A DNA stretch of 64,000 nucleotides, from the NCBI RefSeq assembly GCF_009914755.1, contig NC_060933.1. One strand, given 5' to 3'. Positions 15,086 to 28,521 of the stretch are shown here, in pieces. Within the stretch, counting starts at the first letter, position 1, and every line of letters starts with the position of its first letter. The stretch is from the human T2T-CHM13v2.0 reference genome, Homo sapiens. The notes beneath the pieces were generated by a model. The model saw nothing but the letters and a program-made list of their open reading frames with translations. It had not been told where the DNA came from and made no database searches. The position numbers and the translations under genes were made by a program.

Positions 15086-17849
15086 AGTGACTTCTTATTT
15101 TAAAATTGTCCCATGTGGTGTTAGGCAACTACGAGAATACTGCTTTAGAAGAACATTCAATAGTGAGAAAATATGTTCCTCATATATTAGAAGAGAAAAC
15201 AGGCAGGCAGTATGAACGAATGATACCTGTTCAAAATCTACTGATTCATTCAGAATACATACATAATATTAACAATAGGATATCTGGCTAATGGCAATAC
15301 TAGTACTTTTTTTCTTAATCTTTTCAGTATTTCAAAAATCTGGTACATTTGAAAATAAATTACTTTCATAATCAAAAACTATAATAAAAGCATTTTAGAA
15401 TTATTCCAGTGGGGCTCACAAATCTTCCGCCATACCAGATCACCTGGCTCCATCAAACAACCAATAGAGGCTGTTTTATGAAGCTGTGTATACAAGATGC
15501 AGGTTGTCACTTAAACCATTCATTTAAAACACTCAATCATCCTTGCACCATCAAGCCGCCTCACCCCATATATCCTCTTTAGACCAGAAACCAAACCATT
15601 CCTATTCCCTCCTCCACCAAACTTACCATTCAGCAACCTCTGAGGCCCCTCTGGTCAGGCCCAGTAGAAAATATGTTTGGGAGTAGGTGGAAGTTCATGG
15701 GACCCCTCACATAACTCTGTGAACCACCATTTCTTCCACTGAGGCATTGCTCCAACCTCTGCCACTCATTGTAACGCAAGAGAAATCTGGTCTGCCACTT
15801 TGACACTAACTTAGCTTGCCCAGTGTGAAATTAACTGTGTAAAGTACAGTAAAATATTCAGTGAACACAAGATGACACACTGCCTCTTTAAAGCAGCTGT
15901 GATTCCATAATTACCTGTTTGTGATTGGAGTGACAAGAAGATCTGAATAATTCAGGTATTCAGAGTCTAAATACTTTACGAAACAGCTAGTTCTGGAAGG
16001 ATATAAATCCAAAGAGAGCAAAGGAAACAAGGGAGAGCCACTCTGCTCATGTGGGCTGTCCCATCCAAGAACACCAGGGGTCTCAACCCACCGCAGAGAA
16101 TTCAGCAAGGCGGCTGGGGAAGCACAAAGGTCTGTCAGCTTTCCAGTTCCTTCTGAGTCTGTCTTCACAGTGCAACTTCCTTATTTGTTTGAAGTATTGT
16201 AAATTCCGAGAATATCAGGCACACCCATACTCAAATGTAAGTAGAAAAACACATCGCAAAGCCAAATACAAATTGGTTCTTGGGCTATTAACTGGGGATC
16301 ATCCATCAGATAAGGCTGATTTTCTTCTTTTAAGTGTTTAATGTGGCACCTTCACAAAAGAGGTAAATCTATTTGCCAGCTTTGAAAATGTAGCACTTGA
16401 AACAGATATGAAGTAGCTATAAAGTTGCTTTACTCAAAAAGTAAGAAAATAAGTAGTTTAAAAAAAAAGAGAGAGAGAGATTTCTTAAATTCCACACTGC
16501 TTTGTTACCACTAAACTAAATGTACTGCCTCAGGTTGTGTCTGTCTGGGTTATGATTACATGCAAAACCTAGGTCAAAACGGCCCTCCATTATTTTATGC
16601 ATGTGGCTTTTCAATAAAGTGTTTATTAGGAAAACAGAAAAAGCCTTCTTATTTTGGAAAATGCCTTAAAATGCTTAATTACCTAGGTTAGAGGTAAGCT
16701 ACATACTCACGGATGAAAAATATATCCTCTTAGGGAAAAAAACCCGGTTGCCCTAATTATACATGGATGATCTAATTAAACTGTCATTCACAATTCATTA
16801 AAGCTATTAATAAATCATAAATGGGCAAAAGGGATAATATAGTTAAATTTATAGGAGCATTAAGACCTATTAAAGGCAGCCAAGTACTAGTGGTGAAGTT
16901 CCCTAAGAACATGAACTTTACACCTCATCCAAGGGACCCTTAGAGGCCGCATCTAAAGGCTCTAGACTGCCTCCTCGTTTATAAATGAGGAAACTGAGGT
17001 CTACTGAAGTTATGCGAATCACCCAAGTTTACATCCTCTAACTTTCCCACTACTTATAAGGTTGCCACACTTCCTGAATTGCAGGCATTTCTTCAGTCCT
17101 AAACAGAAAATGCTAGCATGCCTTGCTACTTTAAGTGGAGGACGAGAGCTTGATAATCATTCCTGGAATAGTTCACAGAACAAAATATTAGATGGGAAGT
17201 TAACTGACGCAGAGGAGAGAGGACCAAATGGTGAAGTGGTAACATCACTATCTACAGAACAACCACCATGCTGCTAGTGGATACTGCAAGAAGAGAGAAG
17301 CAACAGGAACTAAAGAAAAACAGAAACATTTTGTGAAGTCTGATGTGTCCAGAAAAAGGGTTCCTAGGAATTTCTTGGTGAGTAAAATATCCTTATTAGT
17401 AATCTACCTGTTGACAAAAGAAATTTTTGCTTAAACTAAGAGAATCACACTGCCAACCAAAACAGCAGAGTAACCACTATGTCAATAAAGGATTGAGAAT
17501 AAGCAGAACATTTTCCAGCTCTATAAATACTATGTTTTCTTCCTCTTAAGATTCCACATTTCCAAAAACCCCAAAAACACCCAGGCAAAGGAAACTCCAT
17601 CAAAAGCACATTACGTCTTAGCACTAGTCAGTCAGTGCCTGCACCCCACAAACCAACGTGCAAAACCTGGGCGTATGACCCAGCAGTCGTGCTCCACCAC
17701 TGACTGCTGGAAAAACCAGTCTCTTCAAATAGGCAATGCAGAATAAGACAAAAATAAAATAAAATAAAATGAAACCTTCTCTGTATTGTTGTTAACTGCA
17801 GTCTTTATTTTACACAATAACAGTGTATTTCTGATGCCTTAAAGCAGTT

Positions 17850-18045
17850 GCTATACGGATCAACAGTAACACATGGGTTAAAGCCCAGGGTATCAGATTC
17901 AGGTACTACCACTAGCTAGGTAGCTTTGAGCAAGTTGAGGGACCTGTCACTTTCTTCATCTGCAAAATGAGGATAATGATGCCTAGCTCACAGGGTTTGT
18001 TTGCAAAAAATACAGGTAGAGCCCTTAGCAATACAGGTAGAGCCT
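17850..18045 (+). mobile_element. MIR
   Basis: CACTAGCTAGGTAGCTTTGAGCAAGTT...CTTCATCTGCAAAATGAGGATAAT core. Confidence 0.7.
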
Positions 18046-18799
18046 GACTGCCACAAAATAAATTCTGTAACTTAATATTATGGCAAATAAAGCCATTCAC
18101 AATAAAGCCTCATTTGCCCTCTCCGGGCTACGCCCAACTTCTCCCGAGTAACAAGCTATGTTCTTTCAGACCTTCAGGCTTTTTACTTCCCTTTCCCCAA
18201 ATATCCTTCTCTGCTGGGCAAAACCTCCCCCATTCTTGTCCTTTAAGTTGGCCAACTCCCCAGAGGCCAGCTGGCTGCTCCTTCTATGTCTATTATGTGA
18301 TTACATTTGGATTATAATTACTTATGTAACAAGAAAGACATTTATTTACTGGAATGAGGGGGAAGGGTGAGGACCAGTCTATCCAGGCTATTTCCACAAG
18401 GAGGCAAGCAGTGAGCCCTGGGCTGGACTGTACTTCCCAGGGGCACAGGCTGTGGGGAGGGCCCCAACTTAAAACGAAGAGAGGACAAGTTTTCAAAACA
18501 CCACAAGCATGACTCTGCCCTATGCCAGTGCCATCCCATGTTATCTCTAAATTTACTAAACTTCACAAAAGCCATGTGTGACTGGTTGTGTATGCATGTG
18601 TGGGTACAAGAAACAGAAGTGTGTGACACGAGGCTATCTGGGAAGGAATCTGAAATGTCTAAAGCACTCAACTGGTGTTCAATCTGTTTCACCAAAATGT
18701 TACAAGGGCAGCTATTACCCATACATGCCCCTTTATTTCCCCCACAACAATGAAATTCCCATGGCTGGAGAGACAGTAAGTAGGCAGAATGGTTTAGAA

Positions 18800-18930
18800 C
18801 AGTGCTTCTGAAGCTTGACTGTGCATTCGAATGTCCTGGGAACATTATTAAAACACACATTCTGATTCTGCAGTTCTGGGGTGGAGCATGAGATTCTGCA
18901 TGTCTAACCAGGGGCCAGATGATGCCAAGA
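18800..18930. mobile_element. MER5-like hAT-Charlie MITE
   Basis: CAGTGCTTCTGAAGCTT...TTCTGATTCTGCAGTTCTGGGGTGGAGCATGAGATTCTGCATGTCTAAC. Confidence 0.75.
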
Positions 18931-18944
18931 CTTCAGCGCCATGG

Positions 18945-19203
18945 AAGCAGCCTGGTCTCAGAGCACAGGTGTCAGAGCCATAAGGCCTCTGTTCACAGCC
19001 CAGCTACTTAACAGCTGTGGGACCTAGAGCAACTTACTTAAAATCTCTGGGCCTCTTTTTCCACCATCCATAAAAAGAAGAAAATAGGAGCACCTACTTC
19101 ATAGGGTGGTTCTTGAGGATTAAATGAATGAACATGTGTGAAGGTAGCTAGAAGAATACGTGGCACAAGAAAGTGTTAGACAGGTGTTAACTATTGTTAT
19201 TAA
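18945..19203 (+). mobile_element. MIR
   Basis: AGCTGTGGGACCTAGAGCAACTTACTTAAAATCTCTGGGCCTC...TGAGGATTAAATGA...GTTAACTATTGTTATT. Confidence 0.85.
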
Positions 19204-20924
19204 TATTTATTTCTGAATATCTCCTATACCTATCATACAAAGGAACAATTCAAAACGGCATAAATGTTTTTGAATAAAATAATGTTATTTGTGAATTAAC
19301 ATGTTTATAAGATAGTATAAACAATTAACAAAATAGTGCCTATATTAAATCCTCAGAGGGCCTAAATGTAGTAAAAGATAGGTAATATTTAAAACTATAG
19401 TCATTTTAAACTGATGAAGAATTGCATCCAAATCTTGCTCCTCGCAGGAACCTCACTGGACTGCAGGCTCACTATCCCAACACAGGACACAAACTGCTAG
19501 CACTCATCAGCCAGAGATGGCCTTTTACCCTTTTCCAGCAAAGAAAGGGAGACTGAGGCCTGACACGGGACTACTCAGAAAGCGGGGGACCTAGCGGTAG
19601 GGATGGAAGAGGACACGGATGAAGGAGGACACAGAGGGGGGGCAGATGACTGTGGGGTCCAGCCAGGAGGGCAGCCTAGGCCTGTGCATGCAAGAATTAA
19701 CACAGCGTCCTAAGAAGTGGGCAGAGCACAGCAGAAAGAACGACCGCTACTGTTGACTGAACATCCATTATTCGTTAGGCCCAAATCATGCCATTCATCC
19801 TATAAATAACCCTGTGAGGTAAATTTTATTTTCCTGATTCTGCAGCCTGGGAAGCCTCCCTAGCATTGTTTAGGAGATTTATTATCCTTTTTAAATGAAT
19901 ATTCCTACAGCCACTGAACCTGGACCCTAAGGACATGAACAGACAAACACCTGACCAAGAACCAACAGCTCCGTGTGAAGCATCTGCCCCTAGATACTTT
20001 CCATTTGGGAGTCACATTGGAACTTGGTGTCGGTTCCTCTGCCCACAATGTCTTGATACAGACAGCCCACTTCTCCCACAAGACTGTAACTCCTTTCAGG
20101 TGCCCCAGGGTCTCCCCAAGAGGATCTCACACATGCCTCGAGGCCTGTGTTCAATCAATTCCCTTGCATTTACTGAAGCAGCCACCTTCTTAGGATAACA
20201 GACAGAAAATTCATATTATTAAAATACAAAATGAGGACACTGACACTGAGAGGTTAAATACCTGGCCTGAACCCAAAGAAATACTAAGCGGCAAAACTGG
20301 TATGTGAACCCAGGACACCACCAGGCTGTAGAGCAACAGCCACACACCATGAGGCTAGAAGCAAAGATAGCTCAGCCCTGGTGCAGAGGCAAGTTCAAGG
20401 ATGGAACTTCAGTCCTTAGGGGCAGAAATGAATGTGGTGGCAACACAAGGCTCAGAGGCCACTGGGGAGTGAGACAGATTGTCACAGCAGTATTCCACAA
20501 TGGGAACCAAAGCAGAATTCAAATTCTGAATCTCTTGGGAGAAACAGGGGCTTTGGAATACTCCTGGGGCTGAGAGAGGGCTCCCAGCAAATATGAACTT
20601 GGTTAGCATGGACCCCAACATGAGTGAGCAGTAGTGCCGGCCACACAAGTCCCAAAGCCCTTGGTTGGAGTTAATGAGGGAACAGCAGCAGCTGGGGCAG
20701 AGCCACAACCAGTATCTCAGCCCTAGACCTGACAGCTCTGGAAAATTGGCATAGGTGAGCTAGAGGAAGGGAAAGACCTATTGCTCTGTCTGCAGGAAAA
20801 GATGTGGGGCTAACACCAGGTCTACCAGAGCTGGGAGCTTCATTTTATTTTTAAAGGGAAATATTAGAGATTCACATGCACATTCTCCTTGTGGGCAGGA
20901 AACTTTTCCTTATTTCCCGTATCT

Positions 20925-21440
20925 TTATTCATATTCTAACTCAATGAAAGCTCCACCTTGGTTCAGAATCCTATTCTCCAATTCCCCCTTGAATTTCCTG
21001 CAATCTGGTTTTTGTCTTGAATCCTTGGAAGAAGCTATCCTCAAAAAAGATTCCCGATCCATGCAGCCAAGTCTTGCTCCATCTGGTGTAAAACAACCCT
21101 CACATAATCCCCCCTCCTCCAGCTCCATTCCCTCTTCCTGTACTTTATTTCTCACAGATGAACCTTCCTATTTACCCTGACTCTTCTCTTATCAAAAAAC
21201 TTATCATATCTGGGTTAAACTACATACTATAATGTTCTTACCGGGTTCCCTTCCTGAAACTTTGCTTCTCTGGAGGCAATTAGAAATGATTCCATTAAGC
21301 TCATATTCATGTGCTGGTCAGCTCTAAACTCATCATGAAATTCTCAATTCCTTACAAAGGGAATCTCCCATTTGGGGGAAGTAACTCATTTTCTAGCTGC
21401 AGTATGTTATTAAGCTTGCTCACTTCTTAGTGCTGATTCT
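20925..21440 (+). mobile_element. L2 fragment
   Basis: CTGCAATCTGGTTTTTGTC, AAACTACATACTATAATG...GGTTCCCTTCC degenerate L2 motifs. Confidence 0.45.
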
Positions 21441-22188
21441 TCCCTGATTTGCTTCTGTGCCTCCACGCTACATGGCTGTCACTACCTGATGCAGGAAAAC
21501 AGGTTACAACACATTTTTGTCCCATCCTTGAACACACACACCAGCAGCCGTTTGTTCCCACAAGCCTTCCCCATTCAGAATACAGCTACCTTCCCATGCT
21601 CGTTTCTGCAACCTATTGCCCATCTACTAAAGTTCCAATATCTGCTTTCTCATGTATGAAAAACAAAAACATCTGTACTGATAAACAAGCAAATGTTTAC
21701 AGGTAGTTATCTCTAGGGAGGAAATGGGGAAGGAGAAGGAAGCTTCACTTCTCATTTCATTTATTTCTGTGCCATCTGAAATTTTAATGAGCACGCACAG
21801 CATTTGTTTTTCACTAAACACTTTTTATGAAAGAAACCAGTTAGTATTAAAAACACAGGTACAAGGATAATCACTACAATGTTCTCATGGCTGGGGGAAT
21901 AAAACAGGGTAGAAAATAATAGGTAGAAAGCAGAAACACATAAATCAATCAATCAATAGGGCCCTGATGTAATAAATAAGAGACATCTATAAAACATAAT
22001 ACTGCGGAGCTGCTAAAAATACTATATTGTCATTGAAAACATCTATATTTAAAAAGGTTATAAAATAACTTTTTAATTTAAAAAAAGCTACATTCTTTAG
22101 ATAAGATTAAAAACACTATGAGGCCAAGATGTATATCCTGTATCTTCACCCCAGTATACTTTGTTTAGGGCACATTTATAAAATATGA

Positions 22189-22530
<342 letters not shown>

Positions 22531-25500
22531 TAATAAATCAGTTATTGCTAAAGATATGTTTGGACTCATCTTTCACAAATGCCACAGGTATTTGTGAAAA
22601 TCAGTCAAGCTTTATAGTTTATTTACTTATTTGGTTTGTTTTTACAAGACAAATTAGTCAACTTTATAGTTTATTTACTTAGCTGTGTACCTAAAAATGT
22701 AATCATATAAATGGTCAACCTCTTTTTGTAAAGTCTGATTTGTTCTCAGTCCATGGTTGGAATAGGTCCCTCAACCTGAACACCACAGAAGGGGTTACTT
22801 TAAGGAGGAGAGGCTGCATAGATGAGCTCCAAGGCCTTTCTACCACCCAACCTTACGATTCTCTCTGTTCCATTTGTGGGAAGGTGGTGAAGGGGGTCAT
22901 CTCGATGAGTTATCAGATCCAAGAGATGTGAATGATCTCAAAGCTCACATTTCAAATTTTCCTAAATAAGCTTGTTCAATATTCACTCTGTCCCTAGGAT
23001 CAGTGCATGTGACGCAAAGCAGGTCCACAGACCTAGGACATGGAACACAGCATCCATTCCCATGAATCTCAGGCCTTCAATTACAGGGAATGTCTGCTCC
23101 TTACCCTCATTCCGTCTAGCTTCAGCCGAAAGGCATTCTGATGACCAGCAGGATAATCATGAGTGGGCAAAAAGACAAAACTCATATTCAATTCCCTGTT
23201 CTTAAAAAACATTTCCTGGGAAGCCTGAAATTGAGGTTTGGGTAGTATCTGTATTTTCTATTTCTCTAACCCACTTAACAAAGTGAGAAAATATGCCCAA
23301 AGGTGGGTTGATTTGAAGCAGGAAATATACTCAGTTTTTATATTTAAAATAACATTGTTGCTGTTGTTGTTGTTCTAAAGTTACACTGGAGTGGAATATG
23401 ACCCAACAGTTCTACAAAACAGAGAAGAAATCTTTTTAATTTTACCTTCAAAATTTTTCCTTGCGTATGTTGAATCCATAATATTAAAACAGTACAAAGA
23501 ATACTTGTTTTATAAGAAGTTGTCACTTCTATCTTCCAACTTTTAGTCATTCTATAACAAAAATATTGATGACACAAATAATAAAAAAGTAAATAAGTAT
23601 GTTAGCAGTATCCAACTGTGCTGTTATTCCAAACTTTATTCTTAAGTTTATTACATTTTGTTTTCAAATGATTGCCTTAGAACAGTTAAGAAATGAAGAA
23701 AAATTAAGAATTGTAGAAAAAAGTTAAGTTTTAGCTTTCATCAAGTTACTCCTTATTTATTAAATTTCAATGCAAAATAGCCATTAGGCATTTATCTAGC
23801 ATCTTCCAAATTCAGTTTACCATGCTAAATCAGAAAGTGTCAGTTGACTACTAAACCCAACATCTGTTTCACTCCTTGTATTGCTTAATTATTCATTGGT
23901 AAATGTCTAAGAAGCCCATTAATAAATAATAAAACAAAATATCAGGTTTCATGCTAGTGACTCATACCAAGACAAGAATGAAACTGGGAAAACATGAAAA
24001 ACACTTCCAAAAAAGAAAGCAGGGAAATATTAAGTATGTTTTTGAGAATCCTATAAACATCAGCAATTGTTGTTGTTAATTCACTACACAGAGGTTTGAA
24101 TAAACACAGAAAACTTGTTTTCAAGCTACATTATTGATAAAATAATACACTCCAATAAAGTATCATGTTGTGTTCAGTTCCAAGTACAGCAGCTCTGTGA
24201 AGCCTACTAGCTGGAAATCGTTGCTAACAATTTGGACGTGGAGAAACAGAGGTCCCAAGAGGTTAGGTAAGGCCAAGTGCTCCTAAGCTGCTGCTGCTGG
24301 TCTGGGAGTTACACCCAGCCTATCTGAAAGGTGCCCTCAGCATAGCCCATCCCAGGAAATGTAGGACCAGGTCTATTTACACAAGTTCTTGAGATGATCT
24401 GAAAGTGCATTTAAGTGCAAGAACCCCTAATTAGTTCATGTCTCTCAACAAAATCATCTCTGGGTGTTTATGTTATTTTCATGTTTATGATACAAAGAAA
24501 ATGATTTGTATGCTTTGAAAATCATTCAGTGTCTTTAAGACAGTATCCAAAAGTTGGTGTAAACTGGATTACAAAATTACATGGAGGAGAGGTGTGTTTT
24601 CCCCTTGGACCTTTCCCAGAACAAAATCTAATGAAGGCAAGCCTTGCAGTATACACATATGAAGGGGATGAGCCGGAATTAGAAATGGCTTCAAGGGCCC
24701 GGCGAAGGTCTCCCAAAAGGCACTACCAGGCAGTGAATCCCTGCACACCCAAACCTAGTGGCAGGCCTTCTTTCTTAACACAAAAACAAAATATGAACAG
24801 ATACTTCATCTGTGACTGCTGTGTTAAGTAATCCTCTTATGGTATTTAATCTGCCAGTGTTTGAACAGATCATAAATGTTGTGGCTATCAAAACTAAGGA
24901 AGTAAATCAAATACAGCTGCTGGCAATGAGAACCAAGTAACAGTTACAAAGAACTCTGCACAGGTGACTGACCCAGCCTTCTGCCTGCTGCCAGCACAGA
25001 CAATTTGGCCCCTAAAATTTATCATCCCCAACACTGTTATCTTCCTTCATTGACCAAATATTTAATTATCTATTCCTATCAAATTAAAAAATCAAGTCAC
25101 AAATATTTTGTATCCCACTTTACCAAGTGGCATAAAAACATATTTTCTTCCAGAAAAAGGTTTAAGATGTCTTTGAAACTCTACCATGAAAACTGTTTCA
25201 TTTCCTTATCATCTGTTTATCATGTGATCCTGAAAAGTCCAATTTCACCCTTTGCACACATTTGATACTGGGAAGTAAGTAATGCCATCACGTACACAGC
25301 ATTCAGCTGAGTTTCACTGCAAGAGGCACTGTAACTAGATGACTATGCGGTCTGGAATATTTTGGACTATTTTTCCTTCCTAATTTGTTCAGCTCAACCA
25401 TGTGCCAAATGGTGTTAGAGAATTCCTGTTAAGGAGAAGTCATCTTCCTTTCACATAGTAAGTGTCAAAGCAAAAGAAGGTGTGCTAATACGATGTCAAC

Positions 25501-26154
25501 CTAGGCACAGCACCACCATAGTACGGCTTAAGGAAGAGAAGAACTGAGAGCACTACAATTTTTAGATTTGTGTTTCAGAAGCATCTTGATGCTTGATAAA
25601 ACAGGAGAACGATACAAAGAGTCACGCTGTTGGGCACACCCACTGTGTCACCTCCTCCATGCCTCATAATTTCCTGGCCAGTTTAACATCAAATCCTAAT
25701 TAATTCAGATCAGCACTCAACAAAGCATGCTATATTTCAAAGAATGTTAGAGTTTAATGACACAAAATTGAGATTCCAGAGCTGCAAAAGGTCTTCAAGA
25801 TCCTCTACCTGAATTCCTCATTTATTAAAGACATAAGCTAAGGCACAGGGCTATTAAGAGATCAGACTACACCCACAGAGCTGGCTAATGGCCTGGCAAA
25901 AGGGTCTCCTGAATCTTGCAACGGCGCTATTAAGCTGACAAAACGTCACCAGTCATTCCTGTGTTAACCACCAACACAATAACAAAAACCTTCTGAGGAA
26001 GGCAATAGTAGTCACCAGAGAAAATTCCATATTAGCACTCTGGGTAACATGTTCAATTTTCATTAAATTTGTTCTTGACCACCGCATGATTTCTGTTAAA
26101 CCAGGCCTCTCCTGCATAACCACCGAATAGTAACTGGCCAGATCATAAGCCTGA

Positions 26155-26560
<406 letters not shown>

Positions 26561-27209
26561 AAGAATGTTTACTCCTTAGTGAAATCATGAAAGAAAATAG
26601 GAAAGTTATATAACTGCATTTAAGCACTTTTTGTACATAACGCTATACTTTGTGTCTACTCCTATGCGAAACAAATCTATTAATGCAAAATTTGGTAAAC
26701 CAAGAATTTTGCTCAGTAATTCTCAAAAAGCTCAATTCATTAAAATTTGACTAGTATAAATATGAAAAGATCAAAATAGGTATTTAATTTGCCTACTTGA
26801 AATCACTTAGTAGATTAATTTTATGAATTAATCTAAACTCTTTTGATAGCTATTATAAACCTTTAGCTTTACAGGAACATTAACTCTAAACCTTTAGATT
26901 TACAGGACTTCAAGTGCTCTCTAGTATAACTCTGACTAAATATTCAGCAGACTTTCTGCATTAGGTTTGTCCAAAATCATTATCACATAAAGCTGTCTGA
27001 CACACTGATGACAGGAATCACTTATTTCAAGACCAAGAGGTGATGTTTCTCTTCCGATGGCAATTCCTGCCACGGCAATTTCTTGGCTATCTTAGTGGGT
27101 CTATGAATAGGGCACATATATTATAAATAAAACCCTACATGTGAAACATTTTTGATTTATTAAGTTTTTTAAAAGAAATATTGTCTTTTTTGTTATGAAA
27201 TAGTAATAG

Positions 27210-27335
27210 CAATAATATGTGTACTGAGCACTTTCTATTTACCAGGACTTATTCTAAAGTGTTTTATATATGTTCATTAGTGTAACCCTCCCTAGAACCT
27301 TATAAAGTTAGGTAATACTACTATTTTACATAGAA
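27210..27335 (-). mobile_element. MIR
   Basis: TACTGAGCACTTTCTATTTACCAGGACTTATTCTAAAGTGTTTTATATA. Confidence 0.65.
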
Positions 27336-28196
27336 ATCCAGTATCATTTCATCTTACACTAATTAGACCCCAAAATTGAAGCCGAAATGTATAGGCCCTA
27401 AAGAGAGGGAATTTGAAGGGAACTACTAGAAAAACAATTCTTGATTACTTGTACAAATTTAAGATTCCTAGCTATCTTGTTATGACCCTGTTGTGATCCT
27501 GTTATTCACTACAAATGCCCAGCTTCCTTTTTCATGTCCTTGGAATGCAGGAAGAGCTAGGAAAATGGCTTCCAAATCCAGAAGACTAATATTACCCTTT
27601 TAGTATAGGATCCCTCACTTTCAAAGCCATATATCCTATGGGAAGGAACATGAATCCTGGGGCACTGCAACCCTCTTGGATTAGCACTGCCTCAGTCATC
27701 GAGTCTCTTCTCAGCATTCCAAATTCTAATATATAGCCTCTCTTCAATGGTGAGTACAGAGCCCCAGGAAGGGGGAGGAGGGAAAATAACTGCTCCCAAC
27801 TCAGCTAAAGGAAGAGAACTTGAGTAAACTAACTGTAGGGGCATGGAGGTGGAGGGGACCATTTCCTCTGCATATGCAATATGTACTCAACATTGAATGA
27901 GAGCCCTTCCTGTGCACTGCGGGGCTCCAGGGACACACTGTCTCTTTACTTAAAGACAGCAGGTGAGAGAGTTCTATAACACCTCAATGATACAAAAAGC
28001 CAAATTCAAGGAAGCATCATTTATTTGGGGTTTGAAATAGTAATGTGTCTAGGTGATCCTGATGGACAAGCAAAGGGACCATGTAAGAATATTCTGAAGC
28101 AGTACTTAGGATAACTAATAAAGTAGCCTCGTTTAAGAGTACAGCCCGGAACAGAATGATAGAAATAAATGCTGGCAATGTAAAAACTTAATAATA

Positions 28197-28521
28197 GGCT
28201 GGGTGTGGTGGCTCACGCCTGTCATCCTAGCACTTGGGGAGGCCGAGGCAGGCGGTCACGAGGTCAGAAATTCGAGACCAGTCTGGCCAACATAGTGAAA
28301 CCCCTTCTCTACTAAAAATAAAAAAATTAGCCAGGTGTGGTGGTGTGTGCCTGTAATCCCAGCTACTCAGGAGGCTGAGACAGGAGAATTGCACAAACAC
28401 GGGAGGTGGAAGTTGCAGTGAGCTGAGATTCCGCCATTGCACTCCAGCCCAGGCGACAGTGCAAGACTCAGTCTCAAAAAAAAACAAAAAAACAAAAACA
28501 AAAACAAAACAAACAAAAAAA
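28197..28521 (+). mobile_element. AluS with (AAAAC)n tail
   Basis: Full dimer; TSD about AAAAAC(CC)TTAATAATA. Confidence 0.95.

Noticed and set aside
18342-18860. Longest ORF in the track (172 aa)
   Set aside because: It starts inside a MER5 element and has no recognisable domain or splice context; consistent with a chance frame
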